From Flavobacteriaceae bacterium (GTDB lineage: Bacteria > Bacteroidota > Bacteroidia > Flavobacteriales > Flavobacteriaceae): a DNA stretch of 32,000 nucleotides. The stretch is taken from positions 4,230,001-4,262,000 of the forward strand of contig OZ245049.1 in NCBI GenBank assembly GCA_965224465.1, read 5' to 3'. Under the pieces are notes generated by a model that did no database searches, was not told the origin of the DNA, and saw only the letters and a list, made by a program, of their open reading frames with translations. Shown here in pieces: positions 7,498 through 16,855 of the stretch. The translations under genes were made by a program, and so were the position numbers. Each line of letters begins with the position of its first letter. Position 1 is the stretch's first letter.

Positions 7498-7649
7498 CCA
7501 ACTACAATCCAAAATGACAGATATAAATAGTTTATTTTACGTTCTAATGTTGTTGAAAACTGAAGGATAGAAGGCTATCCATCCATTTTTTGTCTAGCTA
7601 AAACAAAAAATAATTCCATTTCTAAACCTTCACTTGGAAATTTAATTGG
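7498..7649 (+). repeat. MITE-like repeat, copy D (full length)
   Basis: CCAACTACAATCCAAAATGACAGATATAAATAGTTTATTTTACGTTCTA...TAGCTAAAACAAAAAATAATTCCATTTCTAAACCTTCACTTGGAAATTTAATTGG. TA dinucleotides flank both ends. Confidence 0.8.
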
Positions 7650-7682
7650 TATTACTAAAGTATTGTTTAGAAATTATGTTTT

Positions 7683-8054
7683 TTAGTTTAAAAACCGAAC
7701 CAAATACACGCCTAAGAATACAGCACTAAGTCCTAGTATAATAGATCCAAAAGCATAAGAGAAAAAGCTGATAAAATCACCGTTTTTTAAGAATGTTTGG
7801 TTTTCAAAGGCAAAGGTAGAAAAGGTGGTGAATCCACCACAGAATCCAGTACCTATAAGTAGGATTAAGTGCTGGTTGGTGTTGGTGCTTTTCATAAAGT
7901 ACCCTAGTACGGCTCCTATAATTAAGCAGCCCAAAACATTGGCAAGTAAAGTGCCGTATGGTATTGAGCTGTTATTATTTAGCCATTTGCTCAGTGCGTA
8001 TCTGGTTATACTTCCAAAGCCTCCGCCTATAAAGATGAGCAAAAGTTGTTTCAT
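7683..8054 (-). CDS. crcB: Fluoride efflux channel CrcB/FluC
   Basis: 123 aa, four TM segments, with motifs GGGFGSITRY and GFCGGFTTFSTF. Confidence 0.92.
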   Translation of the reverse strand: MKQLLLIFIGGGFGSITRYALSKWLNNNSSIPYGTLLANVLGCLIIGAVLGYFMKSTNTNQHLILLIGTGFCGGFTTFSTFAFENQTFLKNGDFISFFSYAFGSIILGLSAVFLGVYLVRFLN

Positions 8055-8064
8055 GAGTGTTGTT

Positions 8065-9030
8065 TTATTCTATGATTAAGTCATTTGCGTCTGTCCAACT
8101 GCGTTTATCCATTACAATTCCTTTAGAGATAGTCATCAGTCCTGGGTTGGATCGGATGACCGTTTTTAAGGCTGTGCCATCACAAAAAAGAACTTCAAAA
8201 TCCAAACCATTTTTTTTGTTAATGGCATCAAATTCATCTTTTAGTGAAGAAGAAACACCGTAAATTTTATAGCCATTTTTTTTGGCTTTTGTTAGGATAG
8301 GTTTAAGATTTGCAAAGCCTTCTAAATCACTTTTGTCTAAGTTGTAAGCGATTACCAAAAGTAATTTTTCTTCTGCTAATAATGATGTTGTTAAATTTTC
8401 TGTTTCAGATTCTAAAAAGAAATCTTTGATAGGAGGGAAGTCTTCGTTATTTGTGTATTCCATACCTTTTGGAATGCTTTTTCCAATAGCAAAAGGTCTA
8501 AAATCTAGTATTGGTAAATGCACCAGTACGTAGTAGGTAATAAATAGAAATGTGAAAAGGGAGGCAAAAGTGACCCATTTTTCTGTTGTTTGACCAAAAA
8601 TAGGCGTGATGTCATAAGATTTAATTAGTAAAAATATGACAAGCGCTATCAGTATTATGTTTTTATAAAAGGTGTTCCAAGGCGATATTTTTAGAGCATC
8701 CCCAAAACATCCACAGTCTTGTACTTTTTCAAAATAGGCAGAATACCATGTTAAAAATAAAAAGACAAGCATTATAAGGAGTAGACTCCATGTTGTGAAT
8801 TTTTGTTTAAAGCCAATTAAAACCAAAACTCCAAGCATAATTTCTATAATAATTAAACCAATAGAGAAAGGCAAGGCGTAAGGAATTAGAAACTCTAGAT
8901 TCAAAACATCTTCGCTAAAATATTCTTGGAATTTATAAGCAGAACCTAAAGGATCTACTAGTTTTACAAAACCAGAATACAAAAATGTGATTCCAACTAA
9001 AAAACGGGCAATGCTAACAAATATTTTCAT
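8065..9030 (-). CDS. DoxX/MauE-type membrane protein with a C-terminal thioredoxin-fold-like domain (BT_3928-like)
   Basis: N-terminal TM bundle FLVGITFLYSGFVKLVDPLG and a DCGCFG motif. The C-terminal soluble domain is LLLVIAYNLDKSD...YKIYGVSSS...FEVLFCDGTALKTVIRSNPG. Confidence 0.7.
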   Translation of the reverse strand: MKIFVSIARFLVGITFLYSGFVKLVDPLGSAYKFQEYFSEDVLNLEFLIPYALPFSIGLIIIEIMLGVLVLIGFKQKFTTWSLLLIMLVFLFLTWYSAYFEKVQDCGCFGDALKISPWNTFYKNIILIALVIFLLIKSYDITPIFGQTTEKWVTFASLFTFLFITYYVLVHLPILDFRPFAIGKSIPKGMEYTNNEDFPPIKDFFLESETENLTTSLLAEEKLLLVIAYNLDKSDLEGFANLKPILTKAKKNGYKIYGVSSSLKDEFDAINKKNGLDFEVLFCDGTALKTVIRSNPGLMTISKGIVMDKRSWTDANDLIIE

Positions 9031-9034
9031 AAAA

Positions 9035-9571
9035 TTAATGGTTTAAATGGATTAATGCAAAAACGGCATAGTTAATCATGTCTTGGTAATTGGCATCTAA
9101 GCCCTCTGATACAATGGTTTTTCCTTGGTTATCTTCTATTTGTTTTACGCGTAAAAGTTTTTGTAAAATTAAATCGGTTAGAGAACTCACACGCATTTCT
9201 CTCCAAGCTTCTCCATAATCATGGTTTTTGTCCTCCATTAGTTTTTTGGTGATTCCAATGTGTTTTTTGTACAATTCAACCGCTTCTTGTGTAGATAAAT
9301 CAGGTTTGTTTGCAATTCCTTTTTCCAATTGGATCAACGCCATAATTGAATAATTGATAATACCTATAAACTCGGAAATTTCACCTTCATCAATCTTGCG
9401 AATGCTGTTTTCTTGTAATTGTCTAATGCGTTGAGCTTTGATGAATATCTGGTCTGTTAGTGATGGTAGTCTTAGAATGCGCCATGCACAACCGTAGTCT
9501 TTTAATTTGTTCTGATATAGTGTTTGGCATTTATTTATAATAGAATCGTATTGTTCTGTGGTATTATGCAT
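9035..9571 (-). CDS. DUF1599 domain-containing protein
   Basis: 178 aa with an internal two-fold repeat (KDYGCAWRILRLPSLTDQIFIKAQRIRQL / HDYGEAWREMRVSSLTDLILQKLLRVKQI) typical of DUF1599. Confidence 0.7.
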   Translation of the reverse strand: MHNTTEQYDSIINKCQTLYQNKLKDYGCAWRILRLPSLTDQIFIKAQRIRQLQENSIRKIDEGEISEFIGIINYSIMALIQLEKGIANKPDLSTQEAVELYKKHIGITKKLMEDKNHDYGEAWREMRVSSLTDLILQKLLRVKQIEDNQGKTIVSEGLDANYQDMINYAVFALIHLNH

Positions 9572-9704
9572 GGAACTCTTTTTAATTTGTTATTTTCGTG
9601 CCAACGCACGTGTTATTTGTTAATTCAAACGAATGTAGTCATTAGTTGTAATTCGAGCAAGAATTTTAAGAGTTTTACGTGATTTAAATAAATAAAATAG
9701 AGAT

Positions 9705-10286
9705 ATGGAAAGAGTAGCAGTGTTTTGTGGTTCAAGCCTTGGTTTTAATAAAAAATATAAGTTGGAAGCAGAAAAATTAGGTGTCTATTTTTGTAAGAAA
9801 GGAATTGACATGGTATATGGTGGTGGTAAAATTGGAATGATGGGGGCTATTGCAGATATAATGATTCGTAATAACGGAACTGTGATAGGGGTAATTCCTG
9901 AGCTCCTTGAAGACGAAGAAGTAATGCATGATGCTGTTGAAGAGATGATTGTTGCTAAGTCTATGAGTGATCGTAAAGTAATTATTAGTAGATTAGTAGA
10001 TGGCTATATTGCGATGCCCGGAGGTTTTGGGACAATGGATGAGTTGTTTGAAGTTTTGACATTAAATCAGTTAGGGGTAGAGCATAAGCCTGTAGGTCTA
10101 TTGAATACAAATGGTTTTTTTGATCATGTTTTGGCGCAATTAGATGTGATGGTAGCTGAGGGTTTTTTAAAACCTGAAAACAGGTCTCTGTTAATTGTCT
10201 CTGATACTGTAGAAGGTTTGTTCGCTCAAATGGATTCTTATGTAAAGCCAAAAAAATCAAAAATAATAGATAAAGTTGTACGTTAA
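9705..10286 (+). CDS. LOG family / TIGR00730 Rossmann-fold nucleotide-binding protein
   Basis: GGGKIGMMGA plus the diagnostic PGGFGTMDELFE motif. Confidence 0.88.
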   Translation: MERVAVFCGSSLGFNKKYKLEAEKLGVYFCKKGIDMVYGGGKIGMMGAIADIMIRNNGTVIGVIPELLEDEEVMHDAVEEMIVAKSMSDRKVIISRLVDGYIAMPGGFGTMDELFEVLTLNQLGVEHKPVGLLNTNGFFDHVLAQLDVMVAEGFLKPENRSLLIVSDTVEGLFAQMDSYVKPKKSKIIDKVVR

Positions 10287-11117
10287 ATGACGATAAATTG
10301 TAAGGGAATCCTAGTAGATTTAAGTGTGCCAAAAGTAATGGGTATTTTAAATATAACTCCAGACTCTTTTTTTGATGGAGGGAAGTATATGGAGGATACA
10401 ACGATCCTTACACAAGTTCAGAAAATGTTGGACGAAGGAGCTACTTTTATTGATGTTGGTGCTTATTCCTCACGCCCTGGAGCGATCCATATTTCTGAAG
10501 AAGAAGAATTAGATCGAATGCTTCCAATTATTGATTTATTGATGCTACATTTTCCACGTATTTTAATTTCGGTGGATACTTTTAGAAGTGAAGTTGCAAG
10601 ACAATGTATTGCTAGAGGAGCAGCGATGATTAACGATATATCCGCAGGAGAAATGGATGCGAATATGTTTGCTACTGTTGCTGAATTACAGGTGCCTTAC
10701 TGTATGATGCATATGCTAGGTACACCTCAAAATATGCAGTCAGATCCGAAATATAAGGATGTGGTGACATCTGTTTTGAGTTTTTTTGCGCATAAAACGA
10801 ACCAATTAAAATTATTGGGACTTAAAGATGTTTTAATCGATGTTGGTTTTGGTTTTGGGAAAACAATGGCGCATAATTATAAATTATTACAACAATTATC
10901 TTTGTTTAAAAACATTGGTTTTCCATTATTGGTAGGTGTTTCTAGAAAGTCTATGTTGTATAAGCCTTTAGGTGTAAGTGCTTCAGATGCATTAAATGCA
11001 ACTACAGTGGCCAATACGATAGCTGTACTAAATGGAGCTTCAATTGTTCGTGTTCACGATGTAAAGGAAGCCGCAGAGGCACTTAAAATTATTAGTTTGA
11101 CAATGGTGAATGACTAA
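10287..11117 (+). CDS. folP: Dihydropteroate synthase
   Basis: GILNITPDSFFDGG, DVGAYSSRPG, INDISAG, DVGFGFGKT, GVSRKS. The ATG directly abuts the LOG gene stop (TAAATG). Confidence 0.93.
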   Translation: MTINCKGILVDLSVPKVMGILNITPDSFFDGGKYMEDTTILTQVQKMLDEGATFIDVGAYSSRPGAIHISEEEELDRMLPIIDLLMLHFPRILISVDTFRSEVARQCIARGAAMINDISAGEMDANMFATVAELQVPYCMMHMLGTPQNMQSDPKYKDVVTSVLSFFAHKTNQLKLLGLKDVLIDVGFGFGKTMAHNYKLLQQLSLFKNIGFPLLVGVSRKSMLYKPLGVSASDALNATTVANTIAVLNGASIVRVHDVKEAAEALKIISLTMVND

Positions 11118-11227
11118 AAAAATCAAGAATATCAAAAAAACAATGTCTTTTCTAAACGGTTATTTAGGAATACATTTGCTTTCTATAAAAGAGGCAATGT
11201 TATTAGTGTCAATTTAAAAAACAAAAA

Positions 11228-11935
11228 ATGAAATTATTAAAATATATTGTGATGGCTTTGCTATTTGCAAGCTGTGCAAAAAAAGAAATCAAAGTGCCTG
11301 TAATTCCGATAGCAGGGATTCAAGAAATTAAAAATTTCTCTGAGGTTTGGGTGTTTTTTGAAGTAAAAGGTACGGATACGATTGCTTTATTAAATCGTTC
11401 AAATACTATTATATCTACTAATTGGGTGTTTAATATAGATAAAAAACTCCCATTAAAAAAAGTAATTCCAGTGCTTAAAAAGATGAAATATAAGCACAAA
11501 AATGGCATGCATGCGGATAAAAAAACACTGGACTTTTTTAGCTATTCAAATCAGACTAATAAGATGCTGTCTTTTATTGAATTTACTCAGGTTAAATATA
11601 AAGGAGATAGTACTACTTCTAAAGAGTTATTAAAATTAAAAGGAGATGTTTATGCCAATTATCACAATGTTAATTTGAGGTTTTATAAAAACACGGTGTA
11701 TATCAACGATTCTGATATCGGAAGCGAGGATATAAAAGATACCTTGCAAGAATTTATCGACTTTTCGGCTGAAGGAAGACAAACAATGATTCATTTGAAT
11801 TTTCAGGATAATTTAACATATCAAGCGTATTTAGAATATAGAACAATGGTGTTTTCTATGCAATCTGCTGCAATTAAGATTAGTGTGAACGAATTTGTTT
11901 TTGACCGTTCTAAAATCCCAGACTGTAATTGTTAG
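11228..11935 (+). CDS. Hypothetical lipoprotein (no family recognised)
   Basis: Lipobox MKLLKYIVMALLFASC. 235 aa with a coding-like composition, ending in IPDCNC. It lies between folP and cdaA on the same strand. Confidence 0.65.
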   Translation: MKLLKYIVMALLFASCAKKEIKVPVIPIAGIQEIKNFSEVWVFFEVKGTDTIALLNRSNTIISTNWVFNIDKKLPLKKVIPVLKKMKYKHKNGMHADKKTLDFFSYSNQTNKMLSFIEFTQVKYKGDSTTSKELLKLKGDVYANYHNVNLRFYKNTVYINDSDIGSEDIKDTLQEFIDFSAEGRQTMIHLNFQDNLTYQAYLEYRTMVFSMQSAAIKISVNEFVFDRSKIPDCNC

Positions 11936-11984
11936 CGGAATGCTACTGTTTTTTTTATTAATTTCACGTTTCAATTAAGAATTT

Positions 11985-12767
11985 ATGTTGTTGTTTTTAG
12001 ATTTTTTAAGTTTTTCTTTTTTAGATGCACTCGATATTGTTTTGGTAGCATTGCTTTTATATTATGTATATAAATTGTTGCGAGGTACTGTAGCTATTAA
12101 TATTTTTATTGGAATTGCTTTAGTAGTGTTGATTTGGAAAATAACTCAGGCTTTGCAAATGGAATTGCTCAGTGGGATATTGGGAACTTTGATTAGTGGA
12201 GGAGCCATTGCTTTGCTAATTGTATTTCAACAAGAAATACGAAAGTTTTTATTGATGATAGGTTCAACTAATTTTACTTCTAAGCGAAATTTTTTAAAAC
12301 AATTGAAGTTTTTAAACACAGAGATTCAGACAACGACCGATGTAGAGGCGATTATAGAAACCTGTATCAATATGAGAAAAACAAAAACGGGGGCATTAAT
12401 TGTCTTAGAGAGAACACAGAATCTAGATTTTTTAAAACATTCAGGAGACACAATGCATATTGAAGTAAATGGACCTATTATAGAAAGTATTTTTTATAAA
12501 AACAGCCCTTTGCATGACGGTGCAGTTATTATTAGCGATAATATTATAAAAGCCACAAGGGTCGTATTGCCTTTGTCTAAGAAAAACTTGCCTTCTCGTT
12601 TTGGTCTACGCCATAGAGCAGCCATCGGAATTACAGAAAAAACAGATTGTTTGTGTTTGATAGTCTCTGAAGAAACTGGAAAAATCGCCTATATTAGAGA
12701 CGGTGATTTTGTACTGTATGAAAAAGATATTGACTTGGTGGAAATGATTCGTAATGATTTGAATTAA
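11985..12767 (+). CDS. cdaA: Diadenylate cyclase CdaA (DisA_N/DAC domain, three N-terminal TM helices)
   Basis: TGALIVLER, SPLHDGAVII, GLRHRAAIGITEKTDCLCLIVSEETGKIAY. Confidence 0.9.
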   Translation: MLLFLDFLSFSFLDALDIVLVALLLYYVYKLLRGTVAINIFIGIALVVLIWKITQALQMELLSGILGTLISGGAIALLIVFQQEIRKFLLMIGSTNFTSKRNFLKQLKFLNTEIQTTTDVEAIIETCINMRKTKTGALIVLERTQNLDFLKHSGDTMHIEVNGPIIESIFYKNSPLHDGAVIISDNIIKATRVVLPLSKKNLPSRFGLRHRAAIGITEKTDCLCLIVSEETGKIAYIRDGDFVLYEKDIDLVEMIRNDLN

Positions 12768-12840
12768 CAGTTCTTGTGATCGTTTTAATGTTAGGGGGAA
12801 CTAATAGTAGCCTGCTTGGTTTTGCGCAGCAGGTCAAATT

Positions 12841-12888
12841 ACAAAAAGGAGAACAATTAAAATTAATTTTAATTGTTCTCCTTTTTGT
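12841..12888. terminator. Perfect 48-bp palindrome; likely bidirectional terminator after cdaA
   Basis: ACAAAAAGGAGAACAATTAAAATT (12841-12864) is the exact reverse complement of 12865-12888. The GC-containing stem GGAGAAC/GTTCTCC is followed by TTTTT on the plus strand and, by symmetry of the palindrome, on the minus strand too. Confidence 0.7.
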
Positions 12889-12896
12889 ATGTAATA

Positions 12897-13009
12897 TCAA
12901 TTACAATCCAAAATGACCGATATTAATAGTTTATTTTACGTTCTATTTTTTACCTAGCTAAAACAAAAAATAATTCCATTTCTAAACCGTCACTTGGAAA
13001 TGTATTTGG
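12897..13009 (+). repeat. MITE-like repeat, copy E (113 bp, short core)
   Basis: TCAATTACAATCCAAAATGACCGATATTAATAGTTTATTTTACGTTCTA..TAGCTAAAACAAAAAATAATTCCATTTCTAAACCGTCACTTGGAAATGTATTTGG. Confidence 0.8.
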
Positions 13010-13015
13010 TGTAAA

Positions 13016-15073
13016 TTAATCAATACGTCCAATCAACTTCGCTAAAATATCAATAGCAGAAGTAGCGATTTTTGTTCCAGGGCCAAAAACACCAGAAACT
13101 CCCGCGTCAAACAATGTTTGATAATCTTGAGCAGGGATAACGCCACCAGCAATAACCATAATATCGCCTCTTCCATATTTCTTTAAGGCTTCAATTACTT
13201 GAGGTACAAGTGTTTTGTGTCCTGCTGCTAATGATGATATTCCTAAGACATGCACGTCGTTTTCGACGGCTTGCTTGGCGGCTTCTTGAGGGGTTTGGAA
13301 TAGGGGACCTATATCAACATCAAAACCTAAATCAGCAAAACTAGAAGAGATTACTTTTGCACCTCTATCATGACCGTCTTGTCCCATTTTTGCTACCATT
13401 ATTCTCGGTCGCCTTCCTTCTAATTCATAAAATGTATCAGCCATTACTTTGGCTTTTTCAAATTCACTATCGTTTTTTATCTCTCTACTATACACTCCTG
13501 TGATTGATTTAATGGTTGCTTTGTACCTTCCGAAAACTGTTTCCAAGTCATCTGAAATTTCTCCTAAAGTAGCACGTAGCTCAGCTGCTTTGACCGCCAA
13601 ATCTAAGAGGTTTCCTTCTCCTGTTTCTGCGCAATTACTAATGTTTTTTAAGGCTGTTTTTACCGCAGTATTGTTTCTTGATTTTTTGATCGAATTTAAA
13701 CGTTCTATTTGGGATTTTCGAACGGCCTGATTGTCTACTTCTAGAATTTGTAAAGGGTCTTCTTGTGCTAGTTTGTGTTTGTTTACTCCTACAATAGTGT
13801 CTTCTCCACTATCTATGTGTGCCTGTTTAGTTGCTGCGGCTTCTTCTATGCGCATTTTGGGAATGCCTTGTTCTATCGCTTTGGTCATTCCTCCAAGTTT
13901 TTCAACTTCTAGGATAAGTTCCCATGCTTTTTGTGCAATTTCTTCAGTGCGTTTCTCTACAAAAGAGGCGCCTCCCCAAGGGTCTACCGTTTTTGTAATC
14001 CCTGTTTCTTCTTGGATAAAAAGTTGGGTGTTTCTCGCAATTCGAGCAGAAAAATCAGTGGGTAAAGCAATGGCTTCATCCAATGCATTTGTATGTAAAC
14101 TTTGTGTACCTCCTAAGGCTGCTGCCATGGCTTCTATAACTGTTCTAGCAACATTGTTAAAGGGGTCTTGTTCTGTCAGACTCCATCCGCTAGTTTGACA
14201 ATGTGTTCGCAATGTGAGTGATTTTTGATTTTTTGGATCAAATTGCTGTACTATTTTTGCCCAGAGCATTCTGGCGGCTCTCATTTTTGCTATTTCTGTA
14301 AAGTGATCCATTCCAATAGCCCAGAAAAAGGACAATCTTGGAGCAAAAGAATCAATGGTCATTCCGTTTGCAATCCCTATTTTTAAATATTCCAATCCGT
14401 CGGCTAAGGTATAGGCTAGTTCAATTTCTGCGGTAGCTCCTGCTTCTTGCATGTGATAACCAGAGATGGAGATGGAATTGAATTTAGGCATGTGATCCGT
14501 AGTGTATTTGAAAATATCAGCAATAATTTTCATGGAGGGGCTAGGAGGGTATATATAAGTGTTACGTACCATAAACTCCTTTAAAATGTCGTTTTGAATT
14601 GTGCCAGAAAGTAATTCCTGATCCACTCCTTGTTCTTTGGCTGCAACAATATAAAAAGCCAATATAGGAAGTACTGCGCCATTCATAGTCATAGAAACAG
14701 ACATCTTATCTAGGGGGATTTGGTCAAAGAGTACTTTCATGTCTTCTACGGAGTCAATGGCAACTCCAGCTTTTCCTACATCGCCTTGTACGCGCTCATG
14801 GTCGGAGTCATAGCCTCTGTGTGTTGCCAAATCAAAAGCAACAGAAAGTCCTTTTTGACCTGCGGCTAAATTTCTTCGGTAAAAAGCATTGCTTTCTTCT
14901 GCTGTAGAAAAACCTGCATATTGGCGTACCGTCCATGGTCTTCTAACATACATAGTGGAATAAGGTCCGCGTAAATTAGGTGCTGTTCCTGCAATATAGT
15001 TTTCGTGTTCAAAAATGGTTTCTTTTGAATCCGTTGTCTGTACTTTTAAATGAGAAAAATCTTTTCTGGACAT
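13016..15073 (-). CDS. mutB: Methylmalonyl-CoA mutase, large (catalytic, B12-binding) subunit
   Basis: 685 aa: [57 protein letters not shown]. The C-terminal B12-binding domain has [11 protein letters not shown]. Confidence 0.93.
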   Translation of the reverse strand: MSRKDFSHLKVQTTDSKETIFEHENYIAGTAPNLRGPYSTMYVRRPWTVRQYAGFSTAEESNAFYRRNLAAGQKGLSVAFDLATHRGYDSDHERVQGDVGKAGVAIDSVEDMKVLFDQIPLDKMSVSMTMNGAVLPILAFYIVAAKEQGVDQELLSGTIQNDILKEFMVRNTYIYPPSPSMKIIADIFKYTTDHMPKFNSISISGYHMQEAGATAEIELAYTLADGLEYLKIGIANGMTIDSFAPRLSFFWAIGMDHFTEIAKMRAARMLWAKIVQQFDPKNQKSLTLRTHCQTSGWSLTEQDPFNNVARTVIEAMAAALGGTQSLHTNALDEAIALPTDFSARIARNTQLFIQEETGITKTVDPWGGASFVEKRTEEIAQKAWELILEVEKLGGMTKAIEQGIPKMRIEEAAATKQAHIDSGEDTIVGVNKHKLAQEDPLQILEVDNQAVRKSQIERLNSIKKSRNNTAVKTALKNISNCAETGEGNLLDLAVKAAELRATLGEISDDLETVFGRYKATIKSITGVYSREIKNDSEFEKAKVMADTFYELEGRRPRIMVAKMGQDGHDRGAKVISSSFADLGFDVDIGPLFQTPQEAAKQAVENDVHVLGISSLAAGHKTLVPQVIEALKKYGRGDIMVIAGGVIPAQDYQTLFDAGVSGVFGPGTKIATSAIDILAKLIGRID

Positions 15074-15099
15074 GCTGTTTTTTTTTAATGGAACTGCTT

Positions 15100-16455
15100 T
15101 TACTTTTCGCTCTGGATACGTTTTTTTTCGGATGCTGCTGCCAATCGTTTTTCCAAGAGAGGGACAATCGATGTTTTATAGGACGTTTTTTTCTTGAAAG
15201 GGTCTAATTCAAGCGTGTTTTTCATTTGGTCTAATGGGTTTGGATATTTATTACTCCCTAATAATACCAATGCACCCGTGTCAAATTGTTCCTGTTCCTT
15301 CTTATCGTTCTCTGCTATTTTACGTTGGATAGTACCTTGTTTTAATTGCTTTAAAAAGCCGCCTGATTTTTCTATTTCCTTAAATATAGCCAATGCCTTT
15401 TCTGCAATTTGTTTGGTGAGAGATTCGATATAATACGAATCATTTGCTATGTGTTGTGCATTGTTAAAATAGCTTTCCTCTTTTAATATAATCAATTGAT
15501 TTCTTGCAATGCGCTCTCCAAATTCGTTGGTTTTGTTAAACAGACGGTCATAGGGCTGGTTTGAGATGGTTTGTGCTCCTCCTAAAATGGCACTCATACA
15601 TTCGGTTGTAGTGCGTAGTAGATTTACATTGTAATCGTAAATAGTTTTATTGCGTAAACTAGGTTCGCAGAAGAGTTGTGTTGTTGTTTCAATTCCGTAT
15701 TCTTTACAAATTAAAGGATACAAATATCGCAAGGCTCTGAGTTTTGCAATTTCAAAAAAGTAATTGCTTCCTATTGCGAGGTTAAATTGTATGTAGGGTG
15801 CGATGCTCCCTCCAAACTCGGATAGGTATTCATTTGCATGTGCCAAACTATAAGCTATTTGTTGTACAGTGTTTGCTCCTGCATTTTGATAAATCGTTGC
15901 ATCTATCCCGAGAGTGTTTCTGGTAGGGTACTTCTGAATTATATTTTTTACTTGTTCAAAATCTTGGCTTTGGTTTTTACGCCAATTCCCAGTATGTGCA
16001 TAATTCCCAATACAGTCTATATTGAAATACACTGTTTCATTTTTTAAAAAATCATTCAAAGAGAGCAAGAAGTCTACGTCTATAAACTTAAAATCGAAAT
16101 GAAATGCCGTTGTGTTTTGTAATAAGTTATCAAATAGAATTGCGATGTCAAAAGGTTTGGTACATGTGAATTTTATGGCGTTTGCCCCTCTATTTAATAC
16201 GTCCAATGCTTTTTTATTGGCTTTCTTTTCAAATGATACCCAAATGTTTTCACAGATGATTACATCACTATTATGTGTTGGGATTTCTAATTTTTTAAAA
16301 TCGTCGCCATGGTAAAATGGTTTGATTGTTATTCCTTCGTTTGTTTGAGTTAATAAGGATTTATTGTAATCTGCACCTTTTAAATCTACTTGTATTTTTT
16401 GTTTCCAAGCAGCAGCTGAAACAGGATCGAAGTTATATGTGATAGATTGGCTCAT
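15100..16455 (-). CDS. mutA: Methylmalonyl-CoA mutase small subunit
   Basis: 451 aa directly upstream of the large subunit. It has mutase-fold similarity ([27 protein letters not shown]) but no B12-binding DxHxxG segment. Confidence 0.8.
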   Translation of the reverse strand: MSQSITYNFDPVSAAAWKQKIQVDLKGADYNKSLLTQTNEGITIKPFYHGDDFKKLEIPTHNSDVIICENIWVSFEKKANKKALDVLNRGANAIKFTCTKPFDIAILFDNLLQNTTAFHFDFKFIDVDFLLSLNDFLKNETVYFNIDCIGNYAHTGNWRKNQSQDFEQVKNIIQKYPTRNTLGIDATIYQNAGANTVQQIAYSLAHANEYLSEFGGSIAPYIQFNLAIGSNYFFEIAKLRALRYLYPLICKEYGIETTTQLFCEPSLRNKTIYDYNVNLLRTTTECMSAILGGAQTISNQPYDRLFNKTNEFGERIARNQLIILKEESYFNNAQHIANDSYYIESLTKQIAEKALAIFKEIEKSGGFLKQLKQGTIQRKIAENDKKEQEQFDTGALVLLGSNKYPNPLDQMKNTLELDPFKKKTSYKTSIVPLLEKRLAAASEKKRIQSEK

Positions 16456-16537
16456 AGTCGTAATTATGATCCAAAATTCAGGAAAATATTTTTAATAATC
16501 ACAATAGTGTTAGAAAATATGCTAAATAGGTGTCGTT

Positions 16538-16852
16538 TTATTGTAAAGTGTCATATTCTATAAGGAAGATGTCTTCGTTTTCCTTCTTCATATGGTATTC
16601 TTCACGTGCAAATTTATCCAGTTTTTCCAGATCCTTTAAGTCGTTGATAACGGCATTGTCCTTGGTGATTTGTTCGATATAATATTTTTTTTGAGATTCT
16701 AATTTTTTCAATTCTTTATTGAACTCACGATGTACTAAATAAGAATTTTCATCCCAAAATAACATCCATAGTACAAAAACGGTAATTACGATAACATAGA
16801 AGTTTGTCGCTACCTTGAAAAATGAATTGTTTTTGAGTTCTTTTAAAGTCAT
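16538..16852 (-). CDS. Septum formation initiator family protein (FtsB/DivIC-like)
   Basis: 104 aa with a single N-terminal TM (FYVIVITVFVLWMLF) followed by a coiled-coil segment. Confidence 0.7.
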   Translation of the reverse strand: MTLKELKNNSFFKVATNFYVIVITVFVLWMLFWDENSYLVHREFNKELKKLESQKKYYIEQITKDNAVINDLKDLEKLDKFAREEYHMKKENEDIFLIEYDTLQ

Positions 16853-16855
16853 ACG

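Noticed and set aside
7185-7517. 110-aa plus-strand ORF in the crcB to P-II intergenic region
   Set aside because: It runs straight through MITE copy C and into copy D. It has low-complexity Leu/Phe/Cys-rich composition and no recognisable domain. It is an artefact of AT-rich repeat sequence.
9985-10401. 138-aa minus-strand ORF spanning the LOG/folP junction
   Set aside because: It is antisense to two well-supported genes and has no recognisable motifs.
1516-13009. Possibility that the dispersed repeats form a CRISPR array
   Set aside because: The copies are kilobases apart, differ in length (73-155 bp), occur in both orientations, and have a head/core/tail architecture with terminal inverted repeats. 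There are no regularly spaced short direct repeats and no cas genes.
13449-14198. Plus-strand ORFs of 93 and 155 aa inside mutB
   Set aside because: They are antisense to a strongly supported methylmalonyl-CoA mutase gene. The Ser/Ala/Cys-rich composition is typical of reverse-frame artefacts.
16456-16537. Cobalamin riboswitch upstream of the methylmalonyl-CoA mutase genes
   Set aside because: The gap is only 82 bp, AT-rich and lacks a B12-box-like element. mutA appears simply co-transcribed with, or closely following, the ftsB-like gene.
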